A stretch of 63,272 nt of DNA, filler included. It is 12 parts of 12 records of this genome, joined end to end, with 100 filler letters (N's around TTAATTAATTAA, not from the genome) between each part and the next. Parts side by side here need not be neighbours in the genome. Positions count along the whole stretch, not along the records: positions 24,678 to 35,071 come from SRR11831586_1698; positions 35,172 to 39,572 come from SRR11831586_1705; 10 more parts are not named here. One strand, given 5' to 3'. This document shows positions 25,073 through 38,341 of the stretch, in pieces. Position 1 is the stretch's first letter; each line of letters starts with the position of its first letter. The notes under the pieces were generated by a model that ran no database searches, had not been told where the DNA came from, and saw only the letters and a list, made by a program, of their open reading frames with translations. A program made the position numbers and the translations under genes.

Positions 25073-26446
25073 ATGATGGAAGGTCAACAGCACGGCGAGC
25101 AGCTAAAGCGCGGCCTTAAAAACCGCCATATTCAGCTTATCGCGCTGGGTGGCGCGATAGGGACCGGGTTATTCCTGGGTAGCGCCTCCGTAATACAGTC
25201 CGCAGGGCCAGGGATTATCCTGGGTTACGCCATTGCTGGTTTTATCGCCTTTCTGATCATGCGTCAGCTGGGTGAAATGGTGGTCGAAGAACCTGTCGCA
25301 GGCTCCTTTAGCCACTTTGCTTATAAATACTGGGGCAGTTTTGCCGGTTTCGCCTCTGGCTGGAACTACTGGGTACTGTACGTTTTAGTTGCCATGGCTG
25401 AGCTGACTGCCGTGGGTAAATACATTCAGTTCTGGTATCCGGAAATCCCCACCTGGGTTTCTGCCGCCGTATTCTTTGTGGTGATTAACGCCATCAACCT
25501 GACCAACGTTAAAGTGTTTGGCGAGATGGAGTTCTGGTTTGCCATTATCAAAGTTATCGCGGTGGTAGCGATGATCATCTTCGGCGGCTGGCTGCTATTC
25601 AGTGGCAACGGCGGCCCGCAGGCGACCGTTAGCAACCTGTGGGATCAGGGTGGTTTCCTGCCGCACGGCTTCACCGGGCTGGTGATGATGATGGCGATTA
25701 TCATGTTCTCGTTCGGTGGTCTGGAACTGGTGGGGATCACCGCAGCAGAAGCTGATAACCCGGAGCAAAGTATACCGAAAGCAACTAACCAGGTTATCTA
25801 CCGCATCCTGATTTTCTATATTGGTTCGTTAGCCGTTCTGCTCTCACTGATGCCGTGGACCCGCGTTACCGCCGATACCAGTCCGTTTGTGCTGATCTTC
25901 CACGAGTTAGGCGATACCTTTGTGGCGAATGCGCTGAACATCGTGGTACTGACTGCGGCGCTCTCCGTGTACAACAGCTGCGTATATTGCAACAGCCGTA
26001 TGCTGTTTGGTCTGGCACAACAGGGTAATGCGCCAAAAGCGCTGGCGTCTGTCGATAAACGTGGTGTACCAGTAAATACCATTCTGGTGTCTGCACTGGT
26101 AACGGCGTTGTGCGTACTGATTAACTACCTTGCCCCAGAGTCCGCTTTCGGACTGTTAATGGCGCTGGTGGTATCTGCACTGGTAATCAACTGGGCGATG
26201 ATTAGCCTGGCGCATATGAAATTCCGTCGCGCCAAGCAGGAACAAGGCGTGGTAACTCGCTTCCCTGCTCTGCTTTATCCGCTGGGTAACTGGATCTGCC
26301 TGCTGTTTATGGCGGCGGTACTGGTGATTATGCTGATGACCCCAGGAATGGCGATTTCGGTATACCTGATCCCGGTATGGCTGATCGTGTTAGGTATCGG
26401 CTATCTGTTTAAAGAGAAAACCGCCAAAGCCGTAAAAGCGCATTAA
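25073..26446 (+). CDS. aroP: General aromatic amino acid permease
   Basis: APC family (RHIQLIALGGAIGTGLFLGS); 457 aa; next to ampE. Confidence 0.96.
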   Translation: MMEGQQHGEQLKRGLKNRHIQLIALGGAIGTGLFLGSASVIQSAGPGIILGYAIAGFIAFLIMRQLGEMVVEEPVAGSFSHFAYKYWGSFAGFASGWNYWVLYVLVAMAELTAVGKYIQFWYPEIPTWVSAAVFFVVINAINLTNVKVFGEMEFWFAIIKVIAVVAMIIFGGWLLFSGNGGPQATVSNLWDQGGFLPHGFTGLVMMMAIIMFSFGGLELVGITAAEADNPEQSIPKATNQVIYRILIFYIGSLAVLLSLMPWTRVTADTSPFVLIFHELGDTFVANALNIVVLTAALSVYNSCVYCNSRMLFGLAQQGNAPKALASVDKRGVPVNTILVSALVTALCVLINYLAPESAFGLLMALVVSALVINWAMISLAHMKFRRAKQEQGVVTRFPALLYPLGNWICLLFMAAVLVIMLMTPGMAISVYLIPVWLIVLGIGYLFKEKTAKAVKAH

Positions 26447-26488
26447 TCTCTCTACGCCCTCACCCGTACAGGGTGAGGGCAATAATCT

Positions 26489-27343
26489 TTACACCAACGC
26501 CCCGTAAATCGTCAGTAGTGCAATCACCACCACGACCACGAACGAGGTTTTCTTCGCCATTGAAACCGCTGCCTTCGGCGTCTCCACCTTATCGACATGC
26601 GGTTCACGCGCCAGAGAGAACTGCGCCAGACGCGTTAACACCTGATACTGCGAAGTATGGAAATCACCCAGCGAAGCAAACCAGGCCGGTAACGCTTTCT
26701 CACCATGACCGATCAAGGCATATACCACACCCGCAAGACGAACCGGCACCCAATCCAGTACATGAAGCACGGCATCAATGCCGGACTGTAAACGATGATG
26801 CGGCGTCTGATATCGCGCCAGCCAGTATTGCCATGCACGCAAAAACGCATACCCCATCAGCGTAACGGGTCCCCAGGTTCCCCCCACAATCAGCCAGAAC
26901 AGCGGTGCAAGATAAAAACGAAAGTTAATCCACAGCAATGCATTTTGCAGCTCACGCAAATACTCACGTTCGTCGCAGCCTGCCGGGACGCCGTGAATCA
27001 TGGTGAGTTCGCCAGCCATCGTGGCACGGGCATGGCTATCATTACGTGAAGCAGCTGTCAGATAAGCATGATAATGAAGACGAACTTTACCTGCGCCAAT
27101 ACACAGCAAACCAATCAGCAGCCACACCAGTAGCGTGGGAACGTTGAACAATACTCCCTGCAATGCGCGTAACAGTAAAAAAGTCACGCCCATCGCAATA
27201 ATGGTCATGCCTAACGTGCGCCCGAGAGAAAAATGTTTCACCCGCCGAAAGAACGCTTCAAGACGATGATCAAGCTGCCAGTGCTCGCCCAACTTAAACA
27301 GGCGCTCGAAAATTAACACCAGTAAGGTTGTAAATAGCGTCAT
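26489..27343 (-). CDS. ampE: Inner-membrane protein AmpE
   Basis: 284 aa from [10 protein letters not shown]; overlaps ampD stop. Confidence 0.94.
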
Positions 27344-27891
27344 GTTGTCTCCTTGCTGACCAGCACACGAAACCGTGCCCAATCAAATGCAGGACCGGGA
27401 TCGGTTTTCCGATCCGGCGCAATATCACAATGGCCCGTCATGTTTTTAGCGATATCCGGATAGCAATCAATCAGTGCCCGCGTAACCGCCGCAAGCTGTT
27501 GATACTGCGCATCGGTATACGCCAGCGTATCGGTGCCTTCAAGCTCAATCCCAATAGAAAAATCATTGCAGCGTTCGCGCCCCTGATACTGAGAGACTCC
27601 CGCATGCCATGCACGTTTATCGAAAGGAACATACTGGACTATTTCACCATCACGGCGAATCAAACAGTGAGCGGAGACGCGCAAATGGGCGATCTCAGCA
27701 AAGAAAGGATGTGCCTGCGGATCAATAGTTCCAGTGAATAATGCGTCGATCCACGGACCGCCAAACTCGCCTGGCGGCAGGCTAATATTGTGCACCACCA
27801 GCAGGGTGGGTGTTTCGTCATCCGGGCGGCAATCGTAATGTGGTGAGGGAACGCGGCGCGCGCCAACCAGCCACCCCTGTTCTAACAACAT
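27340..27891 (-). CDS. ampD: 1,6-anhydro-N-acetylmuramyl-L-alanine amidase
   Basis: Amidase_2 motifs [30 protein letters not shown]. Confidence 0.97.
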
Positions 27892-27918
27892 GCAGGATCT
27901 CCTTATATGTGGTGCTAA

Positions 27919-28872
<954 letters not shown>

Positions 28873-29074
28873 TAGTTGACAGATTTATCCGCTCCATCGC
28901 GGGCGGATAATCTCCCCTTCCCCAACTTTCTTCGTAACGCCTCGCAAATTTCTTGTCTTTCGCTGCAACGAAATAAAAAACCTCGGAATCTGCTTTCCCG
29001 TTTCGTTTTTTGCCCCTCGCCTGTGCTGATGGCGTTTGCCAAAGTAGCGCCAACCAAATCAAGGAGCGAAACAG

Positions 29075-29515
29075 ATGGACAAGCAACGCGGTTTTACACT
29101 TATCGAACTGATGGTGGTTATTGGCATCATTGCCATTTTAAGCGCCATTGGTATTCCCGCTTATCAAAACTACCTGCGCAAAGCCGCACTCACCGACATG
29201 CTACAAACCTTTGTGCCTTACCGTACCGCCGTAGAGTTGTGCGCGCTGGAACATGGTGGATTAGATACCTGCGACGGTGGCAGCAATGGCATTCCCTCGC
29301 CTACCACCACCCGCTATGTTTCAGCCATGAGTGTGGCAAAGGGCGTGGTGTCGCTGACCGGGCAAGAAAGTCTCAATGGGCTAAGCGTCGTCATGACACC
29401 GGGTTGGGATAACGCAAACGGCGTCACCGGCTGGACGCGCAACTGCAATATTCAAAGTGACAGCGCATTGCAGCAAGCCTGCGAAGATGTCTTCCGCTTT
29501 GATGACGCCAACTAA
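29075..29515 (+). CDS. ppdD: Type IV major pilin PpdD
   Basis: Prepilin motif G/FTLIELMVV. Confidence 0.96.
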   Translation: MDKQRGFTLIELMVVIGIIAILSAIGIPAYQNYLRKAALTDMLQTFVPYRTAVELCALEHGGLDTCDGGSNGIPSPTTTRYVSAMSVAKGVVSLTGQESLNGLSVVMTPGWDNANGVTGWTRNCNIQSDSALQQACEDVFRFDDAN

Positions 29516-29524
29516 GGAGCGGCA

Positions 29525-30909
29525 ATGAATATTCCACAGCTCACTGCCCTGTGTCTGCGTTATCATGGAGTCTTGCTGGATGCCAGCGAAGAGGTGGTTC
29601 ATGTTGCGGTAGTCGATGCACCTTCGCATGAGCTACTGGACGCATTGCATTTCGCTACCACCAAACGTATTGAGATCACCTGCTGGACGCGCCAACAAAT
29701 GGAAGGTCACGCCAGTCGCACACAACAGACATTGCCCGTAGCTGTTCAGGAGAAGCATCAGCCCAAAGCAGAGTTGCTAACTCGAACGTTACAATCTGCG
29801 CTGGAACAACGCGCGTCTGATATTCATATCGAACCAGCGGACAATGCCTACCGCATCCGCTTGCGTATCGACGGCGTATTGCATCCTTTACCGGATGTTT
29901 CACCGGATGCCGGAGTCGCATTAACCGCCAGATTAAAAGTGCTGGGAAACCTGGATATTGCGGAACATCGCCTGCCGCAGGACGGGCAATTCACTGTCGA
30001 ACTGGCAGGAAACGCCGTCTCATTTCGTATTGCGACCTTACCATGTCGGGGTGGTGAAAAGGTGGTATTAAGGTTGTTACAGCAGGTGGGTCAGGCACTG
30101 GATGTCAACACGCTTGGAATGCAGCCGTTACAACTGGCGGACTTTGCTCATGCCTTGCAACAACCACAGGGACTGGTGCTGGTAACTGGCCCTACCGGCA
30201 GCGGCAAAACGGTCACGCTTTATAGTGCCCTGCAAAAGCTGAATACCGCTGACATTAATATTTGTAGCGTCGAAGATCCAGTTGAGATCCCCATAGCCGG
30301 ACTAAACCAGACGCAAATCCATCCGCGTGCCGGACTCACCTTTCAGGGCGTTTTGCGTGCGTTATTGCGCCAGGATCCTGACGTCATCATGATCGGAGAG
30401 ATCCGCGATGGCGAAACAGCAGAGATCGCTATTAAAGCGGCGCAAACTGGTCACCTGGTGTTGTCTACCCTACACACTAATTCCACCTGCGAAACGCTGG
30501 TACGTTTACAGCAAATGGGGGTCGCCGCTGGATGCTATCATCGGCGCTTACGCTGGTAATAGCCCAGCGTCTGGTACGCAAACTTTGCCCACATTGTCGC
30601 CGGCAGCAAGGGGAGCCCATCCACATTCCAGACAATGTATGGCCATCGCCGCTGCCCCACTGGCAGGCACCCGGTTGTGTACATTGCTACCACGGTTTTT
30701 ATGGTCGTACGGCCTTATTTGAAGTTCTGCCCATAACGCCGGTCATTCGTCAGCTTATTTCCGCTAATACCGACGTTGAATCGCTGGAAACGCACGCACG
30801 ACAGGCGGGTATGCGTACGCTTTTTGAAAACGGCTGCCTGGCCGTAGAGCAAGGCTTAACCACCTTTGAAGAGTTAATCCGCGTACTGGGGATGCCGCAT
30901 GGCGAGTAA
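29525..30909 (+). CDS. hofB: Type IV pilus assembly ATPase HofB, apparent -1 frameshift near 30525
   Basis: GPTGSGKT, RQDPD, STLH in ORF 29525-30559; C-terminal CPHC/CVHC part in ORF 30532-30909; span 1385 nt = 3n-1. Confidence 0.9.
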
Positions 30910-32101
30910 GCAACTCTGGCGCTGGCATGGCATAACCGGCGACGGCAATGCGCAAGATGGGATGCTATGGGCAGAGAGCCGTACTTTACTGCTTATGGCA
31001 CTACAGCAACAGATGGTTACCCCACTAAGCCTGAAGCGAATCGCCATCAATTCTGCGCAGTGGCGAGGAGATAAAAGCGCGGAAGTCATTCATCAACTGG
31101 CGACGCTACTCAAAGCAGGGTTAACGCTTTCTGAAGGGCTGGCTCTGCTGGCGGAACAGCATCCCAGTAAGCAATGGCAAGCGTTGCTGCAATCGCTGGC
31201 GCACGATCTCGAACAGGGCATTGCTTTTTCCAATGCCTTATTACCCTGGTCAGAGGTATTTCCGCCGCTCTATCAGGCGATGATCCGCACGGGTGAACTG
31301 ACCGGTAAGCTGGATGAATGCTGCTTTGAACTGGCGCGTCAGCAAAAAGCCCAGCGTCAGTTGACCGACAAAGTGAAATCAGCGTTACGTTATCCCATCA
31401 TCATTTTAGCGATGGCAATCATGGTGGTTGTGGCAATGCTGCATTTTGTTCTGCCGGAGTTTGCCGCTATCTATAAGACCTTCAACACCCCACTACCGGC
31501 ACTAACGCAGGGGATCATGACGCTGGCAGACTTTAGTGGCGAATGGAGCTGGCTGCTGGTGTTGTTCGGCTTTCTGCTGGCGATAGCCAATAAGTTGCTG
31601 ATGCGCCGACCGACCTGGCTTATAGTGCGGCAGAAATTGCTGTTACGCATCCCGATTATGGGTTCACTGATGCGGGGACAAAAACTCACGCAGATCTTTA
31701 CGATTCTGGCGCTGACACAAAGTGCAGGCATTACTTTTTTACAGGGCGTAGAGAGCGTCAGAGAAACAATGCGCTGCCCGTACTGGGTGCAACTTCTGAC
31801 ACAAATCCAGCACGATATCAGTAACGGTCAACCCATCTGGCTGGCGCTAAAAAATACCGGTGAGTTTAGCCCGCTCTGTTTGCAATTAGTGAGAACAGGA
31901 GAGGCATCCGGCTCTCTGGATCTCATGTTAGACAACCTCGCCCATCATCATCGGGAAAACACAATGGCGCTGGCGGATAACCTCGCAGCCTTACTGGAAC
32001 CGGCGTTGCTGATCATAACGGGAGGAATTATTGGTACGCTGGTGGTGGCAATGTATCTGCCAATTTTCCATTTAGGCGATGCGATGAGTGGGATGGGATA
32101 A
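30899..32101 (+). CDS. hofC: Type IV pilus platform protein HofC (PilC/GspF family)
   Basis: 400 aa with two GspF-type repeats (GELTGKL, GEASGSL). Confidence 0.95.
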   Translation: MASKQLWRWHGITGDGNAQDGMLWAESRTLLLMALQQQMVTPLSLKRIAINSAQWRGDKSAEVIHQLATLLKAGLTLSEGLALLAEQHPSKQWQALLQSLAHDLEQGIAFSNALLPWSEVFPPLYQAMIRTGELTGKLDECCFELARQQKAQRQLTDKVKSALRYPIIILAMAIMVVVAMLHFVLPEFAAIYKTFNTPLPALTQGIMTLADFSGEWSWLLVLFGFLLAIANKLLMRRPTWLIVRQKLLLRIPIMGSLMRGQKLTQIFTILALTQSAGITFLQGVESVRETMRCPYWVQLLTQIQHDISNGQPIWLALKNTGEFSPLCLQLVRTGEASGSLDLMLDNLAHHHRENTMALADNLAALLEPALLIITGGIIGTLVVAMYLPIFHLGDAMSGMG

Positions 32102-32135
32102 CGCTGGCGTGTTGCTCCACGCCAGCGTTGGGAGA

Positions 32136-33179
32136 TTACAGGTTGTTGAAGATGCGGTTTTCTTGTTCCTGCACACGAATAAACGTGGTGCGCTTGGTCA
32201 GCTCTTTCAGGCGTGAAGCCCCAACGTATGTACAAGCTGAACGCAGGCCGCCCAAAATATCTCGCGCGGTATTTTCAACCGGGCCTCGCAGCGGCAGCTT
32301 AACGGTTTTACCTTCTGCTGCGCGATATTCCGCAACGCCGCCAACGTGACGTTTCATCGCAGACTCGGAGCTCATGCCGTAGAACAGCATAAATTTCTCG
32401 CCGTTCTCCTCAACGATGCGACCGCCGCTCTCTTCGTGGCCCGCCAGCATGCCGCCAAGCATGACGAAATCGGCACCGCCGCCAAAGGCTTTCGCCACAT
32501 CGCCCGGCGTGGTGCAGCCACCATCGCTGACGATCATTCCGCCCAGACCGTGCGCAGCATCGGCACATTCGATTACCGCAGAAAGTTGCGGATAACCGAC
32601 GCCTGTTTTGACGCGAGTTGTACAAACAGAACCTGGGCCAATGCCAACTTTAACGATATCGGCACCTGAGAGGATAAGCTCCTCACACATTTCACCAGTC
32701 ACTACGTTACCAGCACAAATGGTTTTGGTCGGCCACGCTTCACGCGCTTTCGCAACGAACTGCACGAAGTGTTCGGAATAACCATTCGCCACGTCAATAC
32801 AAACGAAGTTTAATGCCGGGTTCAGGTCGAGAATCTGTTTAGTTTTTTCGAAATCCGCATCAGACGTACCGGTAGAAACCATCACATGTTTCAGCACATC
32901 AGCGGAAGAATTGTTGATAAACGCTTGTCACTCTTCGACAGAATAGTGTTTATGCACAGCAGTCAAAATATCAAAAGAAGCCAGCGCAGAGGCCATAGAA
33001 AATGTGCCTACGGTGTCCATATTTGCGGCGATAATCGGCACGCCGGACCAGCTCTGACCTGAATGTTTGAAGGTGAATTGACGTTCCAGTTCAACATCGG
33101 AACGGCTTTTAAGAGTGGAGCGTTTAGGGCGGATGAGAACGTCTTTAAAACCTAACTTCAGATCTTCTTCAATACGCAT
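32136..33179 (-). pseudogene. guaC: GMP reductase interrupted by in-frame TGA at codon 84
   Basis: Two in-frame ORFs; ...GTC GAA GAG TGA CAA GCG...; span 1044 nt = 347 codons + stop; [11 protein letters not shown] catalytic motif. Confidence 0.88.
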
Positions 33180-33403
33180 GTGCGGATTCCTGGGGTTAAT
33201 GGCTATAAGGGTAAGAGCGCAACTCCAGTGACGCTATCATACGCACTAATCAATGCGGCGCAAGACTGCGAAATTGTCTTTTTTTACGCTACAATCCCAT
33301 AAATTTACCTGGTAAATAGTGAGCGAACGTTTCATCAATTTCGCTTTCGTGCACTCATTTTTAACGTTTTGATAATCATGATGAATTCCCGGGAATATAA
33401 ATT

Positions 33404-34023
33404 ATGAGGTATATAGTTGCCTTAACGGGAGGCATTGGCAGTGGCAAGAGTACCGTTGCCAATGCGTTTGCTGATCTCGGAATTAACGTCATTGATGCCG
33501 ATATTATTGCGCGTCAGGTGGTTGAACCAGGTGCACCTGCGCTACATGCCATTGCTGATCACTTTGGCGCTAACATGATTGCTGCTGATGGAACATTGCA
33601 GCGCCGGGCCTTGCGCGAGCGGATCTTCGCCAACCCGGAAGAGAAAAACTGGCTTAACGCCCTGCTGCATCCGCTGATTCAGCAAGAGACGCAACACCAG
33701 ATCCAGCAAGCTACTTCCCCCTATGTACTGTGGGTTGTGCCATTGCTGGTAGAAAACTCACTGTATAAAAAAGCGAATCGAGTGCTTGTGGTGGATGTCA
33801 GCCCAGAAACGCAACTTAAGCGCACCATGCAGCGCGATGATGTAACTCGCGAGCATGTCGAACAAATCCTTGCTGCTCAGGCAACGCGCGAAGCCCGCCT
33901 TGCCGTGGCAGATGACGTCATTGATAATAACGGCGCACCGGATGCTATCGCATCGGATGTTGCCCGCCTGCACGCACACTATTTGCAGCTTGCGTCGCAG
34001 TTTGTCTCACAGGAAAAACCGTA

Positions 34024-34024
<1 letters not shown>
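33404..34024 (+). CDS. coaE: Dephospho-CoA kinase
   Basis: [12 protein letters not shown]; 206 aa. Confidence 0.97.
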
Positions 34025-34768
<744 letters not shown>

Positions 34769-34777
34769 GGAGTAAAA

Positions 34778-34975
34778 ATGTCAGAAACTATTACGGTGAA
34801 TTGCCCAACCTGCGGGAAAACGGTGGTGTGGGGTGAAATCAGCCCGTTTCGGCCATTTTGCTCCAAACGTTGTCAGCTGATCGACCTCGGAGAATGGGCT
34901 GCTGAAGAAAAACGAATCCCCAGCAGTGGCGATCTTTCCGAAAGCGATGACTGGAGCGAAGAACCAAAGCAGTGA
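34778..34975 (+). CDS. yacG: DNA gyrase inhibitor YacG
   Basis: CPTC...FCSKRC Zn finger; 65 aa. Confidence 0.96.
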
Positions 34976-34980
34976 CATTT

Positions 34981-35071
34981 GTCTGATGCCGCACGTAGGC
35001 CTGATAAGACGCGGACAGCGTCGCATCAGGCATCTTGTGCAAATGTCGGATGCGGCGTGAACGCCTTATCC
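34981..35071. repeat. REP/BIME cluster running into contig end
   Basis: GTAGGCCTGATAAGACGCG...CGCATCAGGCA and GTCGGATGCGGCGTGAACGCCTTATCC. Confidence 0.88.
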
Positions 35072-35171
35072 NNNNNNNNNNNNNNNNNNNNNNNNNNNNN
35101 NNNNNNNNNNNNNNNTTAATTAATTAANNNNNNNNNNNNNNNNNNNNNNNNNNNNNNNNNNNNNNNNNNNN
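35072..35171. other. Artificial contig spacer
   Basis: 44 N + TTAATTAATTAA + 44 N. Confidence 0.99.
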
Positions 35172-35810
35172 AAAACGTTCGGCGGCAATCTCAGCCTCTT
35201 GACGATTGAGCGACACTAAAGGTCGACAGGCCATGATCCGCGCCAGTAATGCATCCGGGATATCGCCAATACGTGGGCCAAAATCGATAAACGGCGTCAC
35301 GTCTTGCAGCTCTTCCAGCCATTCCACTAACAATTCGCCGCAGGGCGAGGCCAGTTGATAACCGGAAAAATAGAGCAGGCTGCCAGGCGCAACGGTTAAT
35401 CGCGCCAGCCACTGGCGATTCCACTGATTTTCAACACCGCTGAATGACATAAAAGTGCGTTCGCCATCCGGCTCAACCAGCGCCAGACACCAGCCGTTAT
35501 CACCTTCGGCGTTATCGATCAGGCTGATTAAGCCCTCTTTTGCCATCCGGTTGCGAATCATCTCCGCCCACACGCCCTGACCGAGCGGCAAGGCATTACC
35601 CGCTTCGATGCCGAGGCGCTTTAACGCCACGGCAATATTCAGTGCGCAGCCGCCAACGTTAACGCTCTGCTGTTTCAGTTCGATATCGCACCCACGCCAG
35701 GGGAGGGCATAAGCGTCGGCGATCACGTCAATGACCGCCGCGCCGACGACCATCACCGACTGACGCGTGGTTAATTCAGGCAGCAGCGTGTGTAATCGAG
35801 CGCCGCTCAT
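35172..35810 (-). CDS. yegV: PfkB-family sugar kinase YegV, N-terminal part
   Basis: GGCALNIAVALKRLG PfkB signature; follows yegU. Confidence 0.9.
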
Positions 35811-36811
35811 ACCGCCTCCCGTTGTTGACGATATTTCGCCAGCGCTGTGGCATAGCGGTTGAAATCAAGCTGATTTACCGCATCCAGTTCCGCCTTTAAC
35901 GCAGGATCGATAGCGTTAACGCCATGCAACGCGCCGCAAATTGCCGTCGCCATAGCACCGATGGTGTCTGTGTCGCCGCCAAGGTTAGCGCACAGGACGG
36001 CGCAGCGATTCGGGTCGGTTTGTGCCAGTTCAACCAGCGCAATGGCGCACGGAACGGACTCAATAGTGCTGGTACCTGCGCCAACGACCTGGTAAAGCTG
36101 TTCGCTGGCGGATTCGGTGCCGTCGGCATTGCGCACAATTTTCAGCGCAATCTCCAGCCGCGCCGCCAGTGAGGCGCTGAACGTAGTGATGCGTTTTTGC
36201 TGTGCATGTCGCGCAATTGAAGGCAGGGAATCAACAATCGCTGACCAGCTTTCTCCGTCAATGGCACGAGAAATCGCCCATGCGATGACTACCGCGCCTG
36301 CAACCGCCAGATCGGATTTATGGGTCGGGCTGGACGCCAGCGCTACATCATCAATAAAGGAATCAACATCACGCGCCGGAAGCAAACAACCTAATGGCGA
36401 GACGCGCATCGCTGCGCCGTTGGTCACGCCGTTGTTTTCCAGTTCAGCAACGGGTTTACCGTCGCGAATGGCGTTAAGCGCAATCTTCGAGGTCGGACCT
36501 AGTACGTTTTTGTTAAAGGCGTCGAAACGCAGCGCCCAGTCGAGAATATTACGCCCAATCAGATCCGGATCGATCTTGCCTTCACGTTCCAGTAACGCAT
36601 CCGCCAGACACAGCGCCATCGAGGTATCGTCGGTGAATTCGGCGCGGTTAAAATAACAGGCCGCGTTATTCTCCTTTGGTCCAGGAAGAAAACGGTCAAT
36701 CCAGCCAAAGTGTGCTTTAACGCGGCTGCGTGGCCAAAGCTCGGAGGGCATCCCCATCGCATCCCCTAACGCCTGCCCATAAAGAGCACCGAGAATACGT
36801 TCTGTTTTCAT
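35807..36811 (-). CDS. yegU: ADP-ribosylglycohydrolase family protein YegU
   Basis: GDAMG, TDDT, NGAAMR, DTDT motifs. Confidence 0.93.
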   Translation of the reverse strand: MKTERILGALYGQALGDAMGMPSELWPRSRVKAHFGWIDRFLPGPKENNAACYFNRAEFTDDTSMALCLADALLEREGKIDPDLIGRNILDWALRFDAFNKNVLGPTSKIALNAIRDGKPVAELENNGVTNGAAMRVSPLGCLLPARDVDSFIDDVALASSPTHKSDLAVAGAVVIAWAISRAIDGESWSAIVDSLPSIARHAQQKRITTFSASLAARLEIALKIVRNADGTESASEQLYQVVGAGTSTIESVPCAIALVELAQTDPNRCAVLCANLGGDTDTIGAMATAICGALHGVNAIDPALKAELDAVNQLDFNRYATALAKYRQQREAV

Positions 36812-38085
36812 TTAACTTCCCCTTGTGTCAACGCAATATCGCGATCATCGACCTTGATAGCCGTAATTTCGTTGTCGGATTCGCGGAAAAAAATCATGAA
36901 CAGCACGGCGATAATGGCAATCATCACCGCGCCGAAAGTCCACATCCCGGACCAGTTGAAAGTCAGTCCGTTTACCGGTTCCTGATAAGCGAACATCTTT
37001 TCCATCATCACACCGCCAAGACGATAGCCGAGCAAACTGCCGAAGCCCTGGCAGCAGAGCGTGATCAGCCCCTGCGCAGCGGTACGCATATGCACGGGGG
37101 CTTTTTTATCGACATAGATGTAAGCGGTAACGTAGTAAAAATCGTAACTTACGCCGTGAAGCAAAATACCGAGGAACAGTAACGCGTAGGTGAAATATTC
37201 ATCCGCACTACCGTAAATAAAGAAGCCATAGCGGATCGCAGCGGTGACCAGACCAAGCAATAATACCTTTTTGATACCAAAGCGTTTAGTGAAAAACGGC
37301 AATGCCAGCATAAAGAAGATTTCAGAGAACTGGCCGAGCGTCATCCAGCCGGTGGCGTTTTTCATGCCAACTTCGGTCAGATAACCGTTGGCAAAGATGT
37401 AATAGAACGCTAGTGGCATCGCAAACAGGAATGAACAGAAGAAAAAGACGAGGAAGTTTTTATCGCGCAGCAGGATCAGCGCATCCAGGCCGAGCATGAC
37501 TTTAATATCCATTTTGCCGGTGCTTTTTGGTGGCGTGTCGGGCAGGAAAAACGCAAACACACCGAGCAGAGCAGAACTTCCGGCGGTAATCAGCAGCGGG
37601 ATGTTAGTCGGTGAGATATCGGCATACCCCAGTATTTGCGGCAAGAAACCACATGCCAGACCGGAGGCAATCCAGCCGATAGTGCCCATCACACGAATGC
37701 GCGGGAAATCACGCTCAACATCCGGCACGTTGGCAAAAGCGATGCTGTTAGTCAGCGCAATGGTCGGCATATAGGTTAGCGAGTAGGCCAGCAGTAACGG
37801 GAAGAACCCGGCAAAAGTGGTCTGTTGCGCAGCGAAATACATCAGCAGCGCGCCTGCGAACATCAATACCGCCAGCACTTTTTGCGCCGAGAAAAAGCGG
37901 TCAGTGATGGAGCCAACCAGAATTGGCGACAGGATCGCCGCAATGGCGGTACAGGCATACGACCAGCCAATTTCTCCGGCACTAAAACCGCTTTTACTTA
38001 ACCACAACCACAATGGCACAAACCACGCGCCCCAGATAAACCATTCAACAAACATCATGAACGACAGCTTTGCTGTTGTTTTCAT
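36808..38085 (-). CDS. yegT: NHS-family MFS transporter YegT
   Basis: 425 aa NupG/XapB paralog. Confidence 0.93.
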   Translation of the reverse strand: MKTTAKLSFMMFVEWFIWGAWFVPLWLWLSKSGFSAGEIGWSYACTAIAAILSPILVGSITDRFFSAQKVLAVLMFAGALLMYFAAQQTTFAGFFPLLLAYSLTYMPTIALTNSIAFANVPDVERDFPRIRVMGTIGWIASGLACGFLPQILGYADISPTNIPLLITAGSSALLGVFAFFLPDTPPKSTGKMDIKVMLGLDALILLRDKNFLVFFFCSFLFAMPLAFYYIFANGYLTEVGMKNATGWMTLGQFSEIFFMLALPFFTKRFGIKKVLLLGLVTAAIRYGFFIYGSADEYFTYALLFLGILLHGVSYDFYYVTAYIYVDKKAPVHMRTAAQGLITLCCQGFGSLLGYRLGGVMMEKMFAYQEPVNGLTFNWSGMWTFGAVMIAIIAVLFMIFFRESDNEITAIKVDDRDIALTQGEVK

Positions 38086-38341
38086 CTTTTAATTCCTTCA
38101 TGACAGGTAATGTAAGGTACGCGATGACAATACCACTTAATAATACCTTTTAAATACCTTTGCGGTGAAAACTTGACCGCGCTAACATTTTTTCTGATGA
38201 ATCGAGCCAACAGAAAACGCTGAAAAAACATCCAAAAGATGGAAAAACTCGCCCGTAACGACCAGGATTATGATTGCCCGCAAAAGGCGGGCCAGGACAA
38301 TCCATAGCCGATATCCAATCGGAATTTACGGGAGCATAGTA

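Noticed and set aside
35172-38085. ADP-ribosylglycohydrolase + kinase + transporter cluster as a novel system
   Set aside because: Known core yegTUV operon in its normal position next to fbaB
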